This document shows, piece after piece, positions 1 through 13,700 of a stretch of DNA of 64,000 nt (position 1 is the first letter of the stretch; each line of letters opens with the position of its first letter). The stretch comes from Macrostomum hystrix (lineage: Eukaryota; Animalia; Platyhelminthes). The translations under genes and the position numbers were made by a program. The notes beneath the pieces are model-generated. The model did not search any database. It was given only the letters and a program-made list of their open reading frames with translations, and was not told where the DNA came from. Location of the stretch: assembly GCA_950097015.1 (NCBI GenBank), contig CATNEN010000034.1, forward strand, positions 2,418,001 to 2,482,000, in the 5' to 3' direction.

Positions 1-639
1 CAGAGATGCGACACGGGAGAGATGAGACACGGGAGAGATGAGACACGGGAGAGATGAGACACGGCAGAGATGAGACACGGCAGAGATGAGACACGGCAGA
101 GATGAGACAGGGGACAGCTGAGACAGGGCAGAGATGAGACACGGCAGAGATGAGACACGGCAGAGATGAGACAGGGGACAGCTGAGACAGGGGAGAGATG
201 AGACACGGGAGAGATGAGACACGGCAGAGATGAGACACGGCAGAGATGAGACACGGCAGAGATGAGACAGGGGACAGCTGAGACAGGGCAGAGATGAGAC
301 ACGGCAGAGATGAGACAGGGGAGAGATGAGACACGGGAGAGATGAGACACGGGAGAGATGAGACACGGGAGAGATGAGACACGGGAGAGATGAGACACGG
401 CAGAGATGAGACACGGGAGAGATGAGACACGGGAGAGATGAGACACGGGAGAGATGAGACACGGGAGAGATGAGACACGGGAGAGATGAGACACGGGAGA
501 GATGAGACACGGGAGAGATGAGACACGGGAGAGATGAGACACGGCAGAGATGAGACACGGGAGAGATGAGACACGGCAGAGATGAGACACGGGAGAGATG
601 AGACACGGCAGAGATGAGACACGGGAGAGATGAGACACG
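1..639. repeat. 16-bp minisatellite (GAGATGAGACACGGGA)n, truncated by window start
   Basis: Period-16 array read directly from the sequence; the same unit family recurs at 5053-5635 (inverted) and 35453-35720. Confidence 0.95.
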
Positions 640-2011
640 GGGTTGATCCGAAGCTACTTCCTCTAATGATTATTAGAATCTACTTTCTATGATTATCTGA
701 GGCTACTTGGATTTTCCTTAGCTGAATAAACTAAATAAACAATATACTAATGTGTAACGTTACTTTTTCGACATCAGAGCCTCGTCTGATACTGTCTATA
801 ATAAATTTGATAAATTCTAAATGCCACTTGGCCAAAAGCATCTGGCTTATTGGCCACCGATTCGGAAATATATTGAAGCCAATGCGGGTGACTTGTAAGC
901 TCCCAAAATTCATAACAGGGGTAATAGCATAAAACATTCCAGTACAATACAACAAACATGTCAAGCCTGCCATGACTGGCTGGATTCAGTCTCAGTGTTA
1001 ACACTTGACCCTGATCATTGCGCGTGTCTCCCCATCCCGACAGTCGTGTTTTGCCATCATAAAAATTTATTCTCATACCGCTATGCCTTACAGCTATGTT
1101 GTATTCTGTATAATTCTGTATAGATTCTGTCGCTGACTATTTAATATTTATGGAGCTTGTACACCATATATAGGATGTGTAATCGCCATTATATAGTTAG
1201 TTGACTTTTTAAGGTGGTTGGTCCTCTAGAACTGATTTATATCGATTGTATATAATTTTCATAGATCGATAAATCATAATTGTGACAAGCCCAATTCAGA
1301 TTGTTACATATAATGTTATTTATCGTTGTTAAAATAGCTCGTAGAAAACTATAGATTATTTTTACCTGACATTATAATAGTCTATATTATTTATGCTATT
1401 AAAGCTTTGAGAACACACACGCAACAGGCATAGTAGACGTACTATATACTGCTTTAGCAGAATATGTAACATTTTAGTCAACCCTATTTAAATCTATAGC
1501 ATTATAGAGGATAATAGAGCCAATTTTTAATCAACAAAATTTTTATTCCTTTGTCTTTCTATCTATAAACAGAGAATTGGGATTTCACTTCTATATAACG
1601 TGAGATTAATCCCATTCGTAGCGCTCTGATTAGGAGCAACAATGGGATTGAGATCCCAAATGGTGTGCAGGATGAGTTGGGAGCTTCAGCTCAAATGCTC
1701 AATATGTGATCGTTGAATGATGCGGGAGGCCATGCATTCCACTTAGCTGAGGTGAGCGAAGCGAGCGAAGCGTGAAAGACTCTATGGGAATTGCACAACA
1801 GGATCAAGATGGCTTGATTGCGTGGAACCCACAGCTTCAACGTTTTCAGGTTCTTTTTTTCAACGCATCACAATCGCACTCTTTGTCCTGCTTTCAGCGG
1901 TCTTTGTATCAAGGGAGTTTGTAGATCTGCAAAATTTCTGTGTAAAAAAATTGATGAAATATCTGGATTCTAATTTTCTTAATGGGTCTATATTAGATTG
2001 CAAACTTCACT

Positions 2012-3208
2012 GTCATTGAATGATCAGGTAAGGGTTGGTGGGTCATCGTTGAATGATCAGGTAAGGGTTGGTGGGTCATCATTGAATGATCAGGTAAGGG
2101 TTGGTGGGTCATCATTGAATGATCAGGTAAGGGTTGGTGGGTCATCATTGAATGATCAGGTAAGGGTTGGTGGGTCATCATTGAATGATCAGGTAAGGGT
2201 TGGTGGGTCATCATTGAATGATCAGGTAAGGGTTGGTGGGTCATCATTGAATGATCAGGTAAGGGTTGGTGGGTCATCATCGAATGATCAGGTAAGGGTT
2301 GGTGGGTCATCATTGAATGATCAGGTAAGGGTTGGTGGGTCATCATTGAATGATCAGGTAAGGGTTAGTGGGTCATCATTGAATGATCAGGTAAGGGTTG
2401 GTGGGTCATCATTGAATGATCAGGTAAGGGTTGGTGGGTCATCATTGAATGATCAGGTAAGGGTTGGTGGGTCACTGATTTATCAGGTAAGGGTTGGTGC
2501 AGTGGGTCACTGATTGGTCAGGTAAGGGTTGGTGCAGTGGGTCACTGATTCATCAGGTAAGGGTTGGTGCAGTGGGTCACTGATTCATCAGGTAAGGGTT
2601 GGTGCAGTGGGTCACTGATTCATCAGGTAAGGGTTGGTGCAGTGGGTCACTGATTCATCAGGTAAGGCTTGGTGCAGTGGGTCAATGATTGATCAGGTAA
2701 GGGTTGGTGCAGTGGGTCACTGATTGATCAGGTAAGGGTTGGTGCAGTGGGTCAGTGATTGATCATGTAAGGGTTGGTGCAGTGGGTCAATGATTGATCA
2801 GGTAAGGGTTGGTGCAGTGGGTCACTGATTGATCAGGTAAGGGTTGGTGCAGTGGGTCAGTGATTGATCATGTAAGGGTTGGTGCAGTGGGTCACTGATT
2901 GATCAGGTAAGGGTTGGTGCAGTGGGTCAGTGATTGATCAGGTAAGGGTTGGTGCAGTGGGTCAATGATTGATCAGGTAAGGGTTGGTGCAGTGGGTCAC
3001 TGATTGATCAGGTAAGGGTTGGTGCAGTGGGTCACTGATTCATCAGGTAAGGCTTGGTGCAGTGGGTCACTGATTCATCAGGTAAGGCTTGGTGCAGTGG
3101 GTCAATGATTGATCAGGTAAGGGTTGGTGCAGTGGGTCACTGATTGATCAGGTAAGGGTTGGTGCAGTGGGTCAGTGATTGATCATGTAAGGGTTGGTGC
3201 AGTGGGTC
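2012..3208. repeat. 33-bp minisatellite switching to a 35-bp variant at ~2490
   Basis: Units TTGAATGATCAGGTAAGGGTTGGTGGGTCATCA, then TGATTGATCAGGTAAGGGTTGGTGCAGTGGGTCAC. Confidence 0.95.
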
Positions 3209-3647
3209 GCTTTTGTGATTAATATTCTTAAACACGCAGAAGTGTTTGGATACATCGTTGCCAAGATAGGACAAATTTAGCTAGAAAAAACGTTTATTAA
3301 AAAGGGTTACCTTAGCCACGCGCCAAAATATAATATTTCAAACCGCAGCATGCAGTGCGGGTGGTCGCATCTCCAAGTTCGTAGGGCAGGTATGGGGCAA
3401 TCGAGCGGTAGTTTTGTTGCTACCCAGTCTAACTAGTTGATACAATAAGCCTTAACTCTGGATTTGAAAAAACATACAAATTAATAGTGACTTCTTGTAG
3501 AGAAATACGCTGTTGAAACGGTTGCACTAAATTATTTTGCCTTACTAATGCTTCAAGCGTTTGAGCATTTAGCATTACGTTGCTAAAGTACTCAAATTTG
3601 CATGATTTTATTTATTTTGAATTCGATTTAGAGCCTGTGTTTTGACT

Positions 3648-4318
3648 GCATCTATCCCATGCCATATATCCCATGCCATCTATCCCATGCCATCTATCCC
3701 ATGCCATCTATCCCATGCCATATATCCCATGCCATCTATCCCATGCCATCTATCCCATGCCATCTATCCCATGCCATATATCCCATGCCATCTATCCCAT
3801 GCCATATATCCCATGCCATCTATCCCATGCCATCTATCCCATGCCATATATCCCATGCCATCTCTCCCATGCCATCTATCCCATGCCATATATCCCATGC
3901 CATCTATCCCATGCCATATATCCCATGCCATATATCCCATGCCATATATCCCATGCCATATATCCCATGCCATATATCCCATGCCATCTATCCCATACCA
4001 TCTCTCCCATGCCATCTATCCCATGCCATATATCCCATGCCATCTATCCCATGCCATCTATCCCATGCCATCTATCCCATGCCATCTATCCCATGCCATG
4101 CCATCTATCCCATGCCATGCCATCTATCCCATGCCATGCCATCTATCCCATGCCATCTATCCCATGCCATGCCATCTATCCCATGCCATCTATCGCATGC
4201 CATCTATCCCATGCCATCTATCCCATGCCATCTATCCCATGCCATCTATCCCATGCCATCTATCCCATGCCATCTATCCCATGCCATGCCAACTATCCCA
4301 TGCCATCTATCCCATGCT
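3648..4318. repeat. 14-bp minisatellite (CCATGCCATCTATC)n
   Basis: Period 14; all three plus frames are open with a 14-aa repeat. Confidence 0.95.
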
Positions 4319-5052
4319 AGTCTACATAGTGCTTCACTCTGTAGTTATTTAGTTATAGTGAGCAAGTTTTTCTGAGCGAGTGTTGAGTTGCTTTCGGAGG
4401 CTATAGGACTCCACAATGTCGTTTGAGTGTGTCAACACAGACAATGTATTATCGAGACCCGTGAGACGTTTGGATTGTAGCGATCTTAATCTCTAAAACG
4501 AAGCCTCCCATTGACATTAACAACCCTAACGATCCAACATATAGAATTGACTGAGTTGACGACATAGCTATAATGCTTTATTGATATAAATCTAGCAACA
4601 ATTCCATTTTCGACAAGGGATGCCCGTCTGCATGGCCCCAGCAGCGCATTGCTCAAACTATTGAAGCCCAATCTTTGAGAACTATACAGAGAGATCTGTA
4701 TCAGCTCTTCTAGACACAGAAGCTATTTCCCAAGCCATTCTCTCTCTGCTCTATGCATTCGCTTTGGCCAGCGCACCAGATGCCTATCTCGAACGAGGCG
4801 TGCTGCCATTCTCATTCCATTTCTATAGTCTAACCCTTAGCCCCCACAATCGAATCATTGAAGCACTGTTTCTATTCGCATTTGCCTGTCTATGTGCTTC
4901 TAATATACTCATGGCAGGAGAATAATTAAGGATGGCGTGTAATAGTCTGCGCGAGTAAATATGCAGGCACCTGTGCGCAATACAAAAAGCATTGTAATAT
5001 AATAAATACAGAGCAAGGATAAGCAACCTCAGTCCCGTCTCTAATCTCAAGT

Positions 5053-5635
5053 GTCTCATCTCTCCCCTGTCTCATTTCTTTTCTGTCTCCTCCTACCAGA
5101 GTCCCAACCCGCCACTCCTGTCTCGTTTCTTCACCGACTCTCCTCTATCTCCTCTCCTCCCTATCTCATCCTCTTCTCCGCTTATCCTCATATCTTCCCA
5201 GTCTCATCTCTCCCCTGTGTCATATCTTCCCTGTCTCATCTCTCCCCTATCTCATGTCTTCCCTGTCTCATCTATCCCCTGTCTCATCTATCCCCTGTCT
5301 CATCTATCCCCTGTCTCATCTCTTCCCTGTCTCATATCTTCCCTGTCTCATATCTTCCCTGTCTCATCTCTCCCCTATCTCATGTCTTCCCTGTCTCATC
5401 TATCCCCTGTCTCATCTATCCCCTGTCTCATATCTTCCCTGTCTCATCTCTTCCCTGTCTCATATCTTCCCTGTCTCATATCTTCCCTGTCTCATCTATC
5501 CCCTGTCTCATATCTTCCCTGTCTCATATCTTCCCTGTCTCATCTATCCCCTGTCTCATATCTCCCCTGTCTCATATCTTCCCTGTCTCATCTCTACATT
5601 CTTCTGACTTCATTTTGATCTCATCTCTCCCCTGT
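5053..5635. repeat. 16-bp minisatellite (TCATCTCTCCCCTGTC)n
   Basis: Reverse complement of the GAGATGAGACAGGGGA family; best conserved in 5195-5635. Confidence 0.9.
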
Positions 5636-7754
5636 CGCAGCCCCCTTGTCTTATCACTCTGTATAAATTTTAGGTTTTAAGCGCATAAGGTGTAAAATCT
5701 ACCGATCGTGTAGTAATTTGCATAAACTCGTGAGTCACACGTCCATTTGATGTTTTGAATGTCTAAAACTCAATGCAGCTTCGAACCAAAATACCACCTG
5801 AAAGCTACCCGGTAGGTGTTTTGCTAATCAGCTGTTGATAAGCTCATTAATTAGCACATTTGGAATCTCAGGTTATCATATAGTGATTAACTGAAAACCG
5901 CCCTCAGCGTTATTATTAAGGATTTAAAGGTCACGTTTAGCGTGTGATTTGAGTAATTCCCATGCTCGCATAGAAATGTGTGAAAAACAGCAGGCAGCTG
6001 GTGGTCTCATTTGATTTGCATTGTTTAATAATCATTAATCTAAATGTCAACGCTGCAAACAAACAGATTTATTGGATTGAGTTTATTGTTCAACAGATTA
6101 AAATGTGCGAATAAGTCCAAGCTATTGTTAAATAATTCTTAGTTGCAGCTGGACAGCTATTGCGTCACTAACCTGAGGAATTATTGTGTAAATCAATAAA
6201 TAACACAATGTGGAAAGCGAAGGAAAATTAAACCATTCGTGCTGGCTACAAATGCTTCTTGGATTTGGAAAGAGAAGATTGCTTCTTGCTACTTAAAGAT
6301 AAATGCAAGTAGCAAGTAAGATAAATGTTCAGTTGCATCTGTTCTAGCTGTCGACTCAGGACAATTTAGGACAAGCATAAAAAGTAAAAACTTGTACAAC
6401 GAGAGAAACGAAAGGTTTAGTATTTGCAGTAGATTGCTATAGTCCTTCAAGTTTCTTTGCCATGTGGATTATTTCATTGATCTGCTCCTTCGCTCCTTTC
6501 ACTTTAGTCCGAATTTCTTCCAGCACAGCCAACAATACATTTACGTGTAAAATCACGCGTATAAGCTCTAATATGAAAGTTTCCGTTTTTTATAAACAGC
6601 GCCTTAAAATTTTGCATCAAAATTGCCTCACTTTTAATTCAGCTTTATATATTGCAATACCCCTCCTGCAGTTTATCAAGTTCAAACTGTAAGAAGTTCA
6701 TCGGGAATCGATTAAAACTCAATTAATTGTCGGGTTCCGCGCCAATTCTATACTCTATAGCATATTTTGAACCGGGCCTGCCGACTAAACTATCAAGGAC
6801 TTCTTCTTCGGCGCACAAGCCGACGCAACCTGGAGAAGAGATTAGCTTCCTCTGTGGGCTTGCCTATACACTGGCCTTGCTTTGCCTCTGCTTGTCTACG
6901 ACTCTACAGCTGCGATCGAGACATTGCCCTTGGCTATCGGATGCGCCCGACAGCTTCCGCGCTGCCATGAAAGTTAAATACACTTTGGCACAGTCTCGGG
7001 ACTGCGCAGCGTCCAGGACACGACGCAGCACACATTTGCATTTATGACCTGCACGATCGGTTCGGATCATTAAAAAACCTGCGACTATTACCTCCTTTGT
7101 CATCCGCTAATTAGACGGTGTCTGCAGACGCTATAGTCTCCTTGACCAAGAAATTCCTAATGCGCAATAATTGCTTCTGAATTGGCTCTTGCATCTATCG
7201 AGTGCAGTGTGCAACTCATTCTAGCTAGAGTGCGGGAGTATTGTGTTTTTTGTATTAGTTTGACGAGCCTATAGCTCTCATATAGAATCTTTGAGATATC
7301 TTAGATTATGGTCGACCTGAAAGAACAGAACATTTAGTTAAAAAATCCACTCTAATGCAGCTCATTTTTACTTATATGTAAAAATGTTAAAAAATGTCAA
7401 CATAATATCGTACAACACATTTTTGTTTTAGTGACTCTCATTATTCACGTTAAGCTCACAAAAAGTTTAAATTTTATCCATCGACTCGATAAATCTTTAA
7501 AATTTTCTTTAGAAAGATATTTTAATTGTGCTTACGCTTGAATGAACTACATTAAAGCTAAGTTCTGAGTTTTAAATTATATTAAAATTTCTTTAGCTTT
7601 ATTTCTTCTATTTTATTTTGCACCTGCCTCTATTGGCATTCTAGAGTATATTGTTAAGTCTGCTGACTATAGTGTAGGCCTGAACAGTTAATATAACTAT
7701 TCTTAGTATTTAATAGACTAAACCACAGAAACGATATCAGCCAACAGATCAAAA

Positions 7755-10700
7755 ATGTCCGTTGAGGCGGAGCTAAGATCAGAACTTTCACTTGTAAAGG
7801 AGGAAAATGCAAGGCTGCAAAATGAGCTAGATAGTGCTGTTAATGAAAAAATTCAAGCTGCACAGCATGGCTTGGCACTTCTAGAAGAGATTGGCCAATT
7901 AAAACATTCATTAGCAGAAACTGAGAATAATGCTGATATTCTCAAGCAAGAGCTCGATCTTGCAAGAAAGGTATGTTGTGTTCTATTTTATGATGTAGCT
8001 AGCTATCCTATATGTTAGTACTGTATAGCTAACATCTAATTCTAATCTAAAATAGACCAAGCTGCATGCCTTTACATCTGTACCTTTGGTTTGTTGACCT
8101 TTGATTTATATTGATGTTGTTTTCAGTGATAGGGCACTTTACAAAAGAGCAACAGCAAAGTGACAAAAACAATTGTTATTGACTATTTAGTTATGGACAA
8201 AATAGGTTACAAAAATAATATAATAATAATGGTGCTTAGCACAGATCTGTTATTTTTTTATGTAAGCATGCTATTAAAATGTGTAGCATTGTTTAATGGT
8301 CATTACTCATATCACATGTAGTGTCCACTTTTTTAAGACCACATTATCATTATCATTCTTACTGCTGTCAACCATTTGAGGCTTGGGTTCGGTAGTCATG
8401 AAAATCACATATATATTTCAGATTAGATTGATAATATTGATGATTGATGATAATACCATTGTTGTCAGATTACAGTAAGAAACTATAGTTGTAGTCTATC
8501 AATTGACCACTAAAAATTAGCAAAGTTTACATTTTGCAACAGAAATGAACAAAATAAATGCAAAATGTTATCCCTGTTAAACAAATAGACTGAAACATAA
8601 AGTTCACAATTATATAAATTTGACTCTCTTTTAAACTAGATATAAAAAATAACAACAAAAAAAGCTTTTTTAATGTAGCAAAAGAAGGCATTTACTATGT
8701 TGCTTATTTCTTTTTTATTTCAAAAACAGGTAATAGGGAATGCACACAGTTGGTAATGACTTGTTACTATCATCAGCCTGTGGTAAGGTTGCAAAAAGTA
8801 AAAATCATAACCAAATTGGTAAGTAGTAACAAGTATGGCACCAAATACTGGTTGTTTTAAGCACTATTGTTTTTTAAAAGCAGTTTTATAACTGCCAAGC
8901 TAAGGAAGGGTGATCAAGTGTATGATGACATTTTTATCATAAAAGTATTTTTTGTATTTAACTGCATATCTAGTGACCAAATTTTATAAAAAAAGAACCA
9001 AACAGAAAAAAATAATGCACATAGGCTACCCAATAGAAAACTCAAGCAACTGGTAGTTTTAACAAAATAAATGTATATAGAAAATTGGCTGATCATAAAT
9101 AAGTTAAGTACATATTTTTAGAATATTTAGGCCTAAGTACTAATACAATTTCTATATTTTAGGCTAGCTATTGTTTTAATTTATGTTTCAGTTAGCTAAT
9201 ATATTTACTTTTAATATTCATATTTTTAGCTAAGTGAAAGTTTATTTGATTCTTGCTTATAAAGATTTCAATTGCACACATCAATGTATAAAAATTACAT
9301 CAATTTTTTGAATGAAATAGCTAGCTTCATTTAGAATAATGTTTAGTGGCACAATTTTATGGATAATCACAAGAAGTTTTGCCTATCATGTACTTATATA
9401 GTATACTATTTGTATTCATGAATTCAATATAGTTGTTAACTTAGTTTAAGCTAAAATGTATAGAGCTTAATGATTCAAAGGCATATCTATTCCTGGAGTT
9501 CTAGCTAGTGTTCCACCTTGGTTTTATGTTTTTTAGTTTGAACTTTTTTGTTTCAAGACCTACTTATGCTTTGTAATTAAAAACACTCTTGTTTGTTGCA
9601 CTGCATAAATTAAATTATACATATAAATAATTAATGCTTTAATCAGGCGGATTGCATATTTAGCTAACAGGTAAAAGTCAAAGTAAAAAATATTTGACAA
9701 ACAATTCCTGTAATTCTCTCATAGGCTCTGCAGCAGCGCAAGCTTCATCAGAAGCGGCAGGCTCAGGAGGGCCAGGCTGACGAGGACACCCTAATTAGCG
9801 AGTCGGCTAGCCGCGAGCAGGGCCTGCTCACCGCAATCAGCGAGCTGGAAGCCGAGCTAAAGTCGCGCACACTTCAGCTGGAGCGCAAGCAGGCTGACTC
9901 CGATCGGCTAGCCGAGGAGGCCACCGGACTCAACGAGGCGATGCGCCGACTGGAGGCCGACAAGAAGCAGCTGCGCGACGAGCTGAAAGAGATCAAAGCC
10001 AGGGAGACTCGCTGCCTAGCCGACTATTCGGAGCTGGAGGAGGACAATTTGGGCCTTCAGAAGCAGCTGCAGGAAGCCAAGCGGATGCTAATGGATTATC
10101 ACCTGATGCAGCACGACTGCAAGCGTCTAGCTGAGGAGACCGAGATTCTAGCCAGCCAGCTTGAGGAGGCTGGCAAGCTGCGCTCCATCTCCGAGCGGAA
10201 TCTGGCCGAAGCGCTGGAGTCATTGCAGATGGAACGGGAGGCTAAGCACTCGCTGCGTCGCGAGTTGGACGCCAAGCTCAATTCTGATAGCCTGGTGCAG
10301 CTCAATTTGAGCACTCTGTCGCGCAATTTGGAATCTTCTTTCGGTTCGGCTGTGGCCGCCGCCGCTTCATCCGCGACTGCTGGCGCGCAGAGTCGCCAGG
10401 TTAGCTAATGCTTGATTGCGAATGTAGTCTACTGAAACCGAATGAAAATGACTGAAACTCAAGTAGTGTGACTGAAACCGAATGAAAATGACTGAAACTC
10501 AAGGAGTGTGACTGAAACTGAATGAGAGTGACTGAAACTCAAGGAGTGTGACTGAAACTGAATGAGAGTGACTGAAACTTAAGGAGTGTGACTGAAACTG
10601 AATCAAAGTAACAGGAAGGAAAGCGAGCGAGTGAGTGAAAGGGAGGTGAGAGCGTGACTGAAACGGAGGTGGGAGAGTGACTGAAAGAGAGGTGAGAGCG

Positions 10701-13700
10701 TCACTGAAACGGAGGTGGGAGAGTAACTGAAAGGGAGGTGAGAGAGTGACTGAAACGGAGGTGGGAAAGTGACTGAAAGGGAGGTGAGAGCGTGACTGAA
10801 ACGGAGGTGGGAGAGTGACTAAAAGGGAGTTGAGAGAGTGACTAAAAGGATGTGAGGGAGTGACTAAAAGGGAGTTAAGAGAGTGACTAAAAGGATGTGA
10901 GGGAGTGACTAAAAGGGAGGTGAGAGAGTGACTAAAAGGGAGGTGAGAGAGTGACTAAAAGGGAGGTGAGAGAGTGACAAAAAGGGAGTTGAGAGAGTGA
11001 CTAAAAGGGAGGTGAGAGAGTGACTAAAAGGATGTGAGGGAGTGACTAAAAGGGAGGTGAGAGAGTGACTAAAAGGGAGGTGAGAGAGTGACTAAAAGGG
11101 AGTTGAGAGAGTGACAAAAAGGGAGGTGAGAGAGTGACTAAAAGGGAGGTGAGAGAGTGACTAAAAGGGAGTTGAGAGAGTGACTAAAAGGGAGGTGAGA
11201 GAGTGACTAAAAGGGAGTTGAGAGAGTGACTAAAAGAATGTGAGGGAGTGACTAAAAGGGAGGTGAGAGAGTGACCAAAAGGGAGGTGAGAGAGTGACCA
11301 AAAGGGAGGTGAGAGAGTGACTAAAAGGGAGTTGAGAGAGTGACAAAAAGGGAGGTGAGAGAGTGACTAAAAGGGAGGTGAGAGAGTGACTAAAAGGGAG
11401 GTGAGAGAGTGACTAAAAGGGAGGTGAGAGAGTGACTAAAAGGGAGTTGAGTGAGTGACTAAAAGGGAGGTGAGAGAGTGACTAAACGGGAGGTGAGAGA
11501 GTGACTAAAAGGGAGTTAAGAGAGTGACTAAAAGGGAGTTAAGAGAGTGACTAAAAGGGAGTTGAGAGAGTGACTAAAAGGGAGGTGAGAGAGTGACTAA
11601 AAGGGAGGTGAGAGAGTGACTAAAAGGGAGGTGAGAGAGTGACTAAAAGGGAGGTGAGAGAGTGACTAAAAGGGAGGTGAGAGAGTGACTAAAAGGGAGG
11701 TGAGAGAGTGACTAAAAGGGAGGTGAGAGAGTGACTAAAAGGGAGTTGAGAGAGTGACTAAAAGGGAGGTGAGAGAGTGACAAAAAGGGAGTTGAGAGAG
11801 TGACTAAAAGGGAGGTGAGAGAGTGACTAAAAGGGAGGTGAGAGAGTGACTAAAAGGGAGGTGAGAGAGTGACTAAAAGGGAGTTGAGAGAGTGACTAAA
11901 AGGGAGGTGAGAGAGTGACTAAACGGGAGTTGAGTGAGTGACTAAAAGGGAGGTGAGAGAGTGACTAAAAGGGAGGTGAGAGAGTGACTAAAAGGGAGGT
12001 GAGAGAGTGACTAAAAGGGAGGTGAGAGAGTGACTAAAAGGGAGGTGAGAGAGTGACAAAAAGGGAGTTGAGAGAGTGACTAAAAGGGAGGTGAGAGAGT
12101 GACTAAAAGGGAGGTGAGAGAGTGACTAAACGGGAGTTGAGAGAGTGACTAAAAGGGAGGTGAGAGAGTGACTAAAAGGGAGGTGAGAGAGTGACTAAAA
12201 GGGAGGTGAGAGAGTGACTAAAAGGGAGGTGAGAGAGTGACTAAAAGGGAGGTGAGAGAGTGACTAAAAGGGAGGTGAGAGAGTGACTAAACGGGAGTTG
12301 AGAGAGTGACTAAAAGGGAGGTGAGAGAGTGACTAAAAGGGAGGTGAGAGAGTGACAAAAAGGGAGTTGAGAGAGTGACTAAAAGGGAGGTGAGAGTGAC
12401 TAAAAGGGAGGTGAGAGAGTGACTAAACGGGAGTTGAGAGAGTGACTAAAAGGGAGGTGAGAGAGTGACTAAAAGGGAGGTGAGAGAGTGACTAAAAGGG
12501 AGTTGAGAGAGTGACTAAAAGGGAGTTGAGAGAGTGACTAAAAGGGAGGTGAGAGAGTGACTAAAAGGGAGTTGAGAGAGTGACTAAAAGGGAGGCGAGG
12601 GAGTCACTGAAAGGGAATTAAGAGGGTGACTTAAACTGGAAAAATGCTGCTCTAATAATCAACCTGCTAGTTTTATCCGTTAGGAAGCACACCTTTGGCT
12701 AATTAAGCCAAGTACTCAGCGGAAGACATTCTTAAGTGTGGCGGGCTATTATTTCTGATTGTATTTAAAGCGAAACAAAAATTATGAAATTTGCTCAGAC
12801 TTCGTAAATCAGAAAGCAACAAGCATGACGACAAATTATTCTTAGTATTCAGTTAGTGCTAATTTAAACAGTTCCATTCTGCATTTCCTATGTTCGAATG
12901 CTAAGCAAGACTATGTGAATGTTTTAAAGAATGTAGTTCAATGCTGTTGAATAGTGTTGGGTTTAGCTTAGATGTTGGGTTTTACTATGTTTATAGTAAA
13001 ATTTAACTGCCAAGTTATATCTAGCCATTTTTATCAGATCTGAAAATTGTAGTCTTATTTTGTAACCTCGCTAGTTGCTAGACCAAGTGCCTCGTAGTCA
13101 ACTGTTTTATTTAACTTTGCGTCGAAAATTTGACGCCTTTACTAGTAGCGTACGATTTACGAATTTCGAGGCATAAAATTGTGGCCATATTATTGGACAA
13201 ATAATTCAATTAACGATATTCTGTAGGTTAAGTTTGTTGTTTATCGTTAAATAAGAAAACTAAGCTATTTTTAAAGTCAAACAATACTTAATTCACATTT
13301 TTAATAAATATTATATTGGCAGGAAGGCTGTGGGTAATGATACTGTACGCAGACACACTCACACATGTGTGTACATCTGCCCTGACGTTCTCATAGTCAG
13401 GCAGTGTACGGCTCGTACACTCAAACTAGGAGATTGGCCCTCAAATTTGTAAATTTTCTCAACCTCTGGGCGCGGAATCGAGCTCTTAGTGCGAGAGGCG
13501 AAAGCGTTAAGTTTACGTGAAGCGCTTTTATTTAGTTGAATTAAACAGTTGAAAAATGCGAAGATATCTTAATGTCTTATGATACCGAATGCACGACAAA
13601 AATTCTACGAGTATATTGATTGATTAAAAAGCTAGGGCGGATAGCTCAGTCAGTAAGGTGTCGGACTCTGGATCAGATGGTCCTGGGTTCGACTCCCGAC

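Noticed and set aside
774-1076. 100-aa non-repetitive minus-strand ORF
   Set aside because: No recognisable motif, unremarkable composition, and no supporting splice partners.
1993-5680. Long repetitive ORFs (e.g. SSLNDQVRVGG, PMPSIPCHLSHAIY repeats)
   Set aside because: They are translations of stop-free minisatellites, open in several frames and on both strands, with no splice context or domain.
6727-7047. 106-aa GC-richer ORF with a sushi-like GEEISFLCGLAYTL stretch
   Set aside because: The resemblance is limited to a few residues, Cys/Trp spacing does not complete a CCP domain, and there is no ATG or exon structure.
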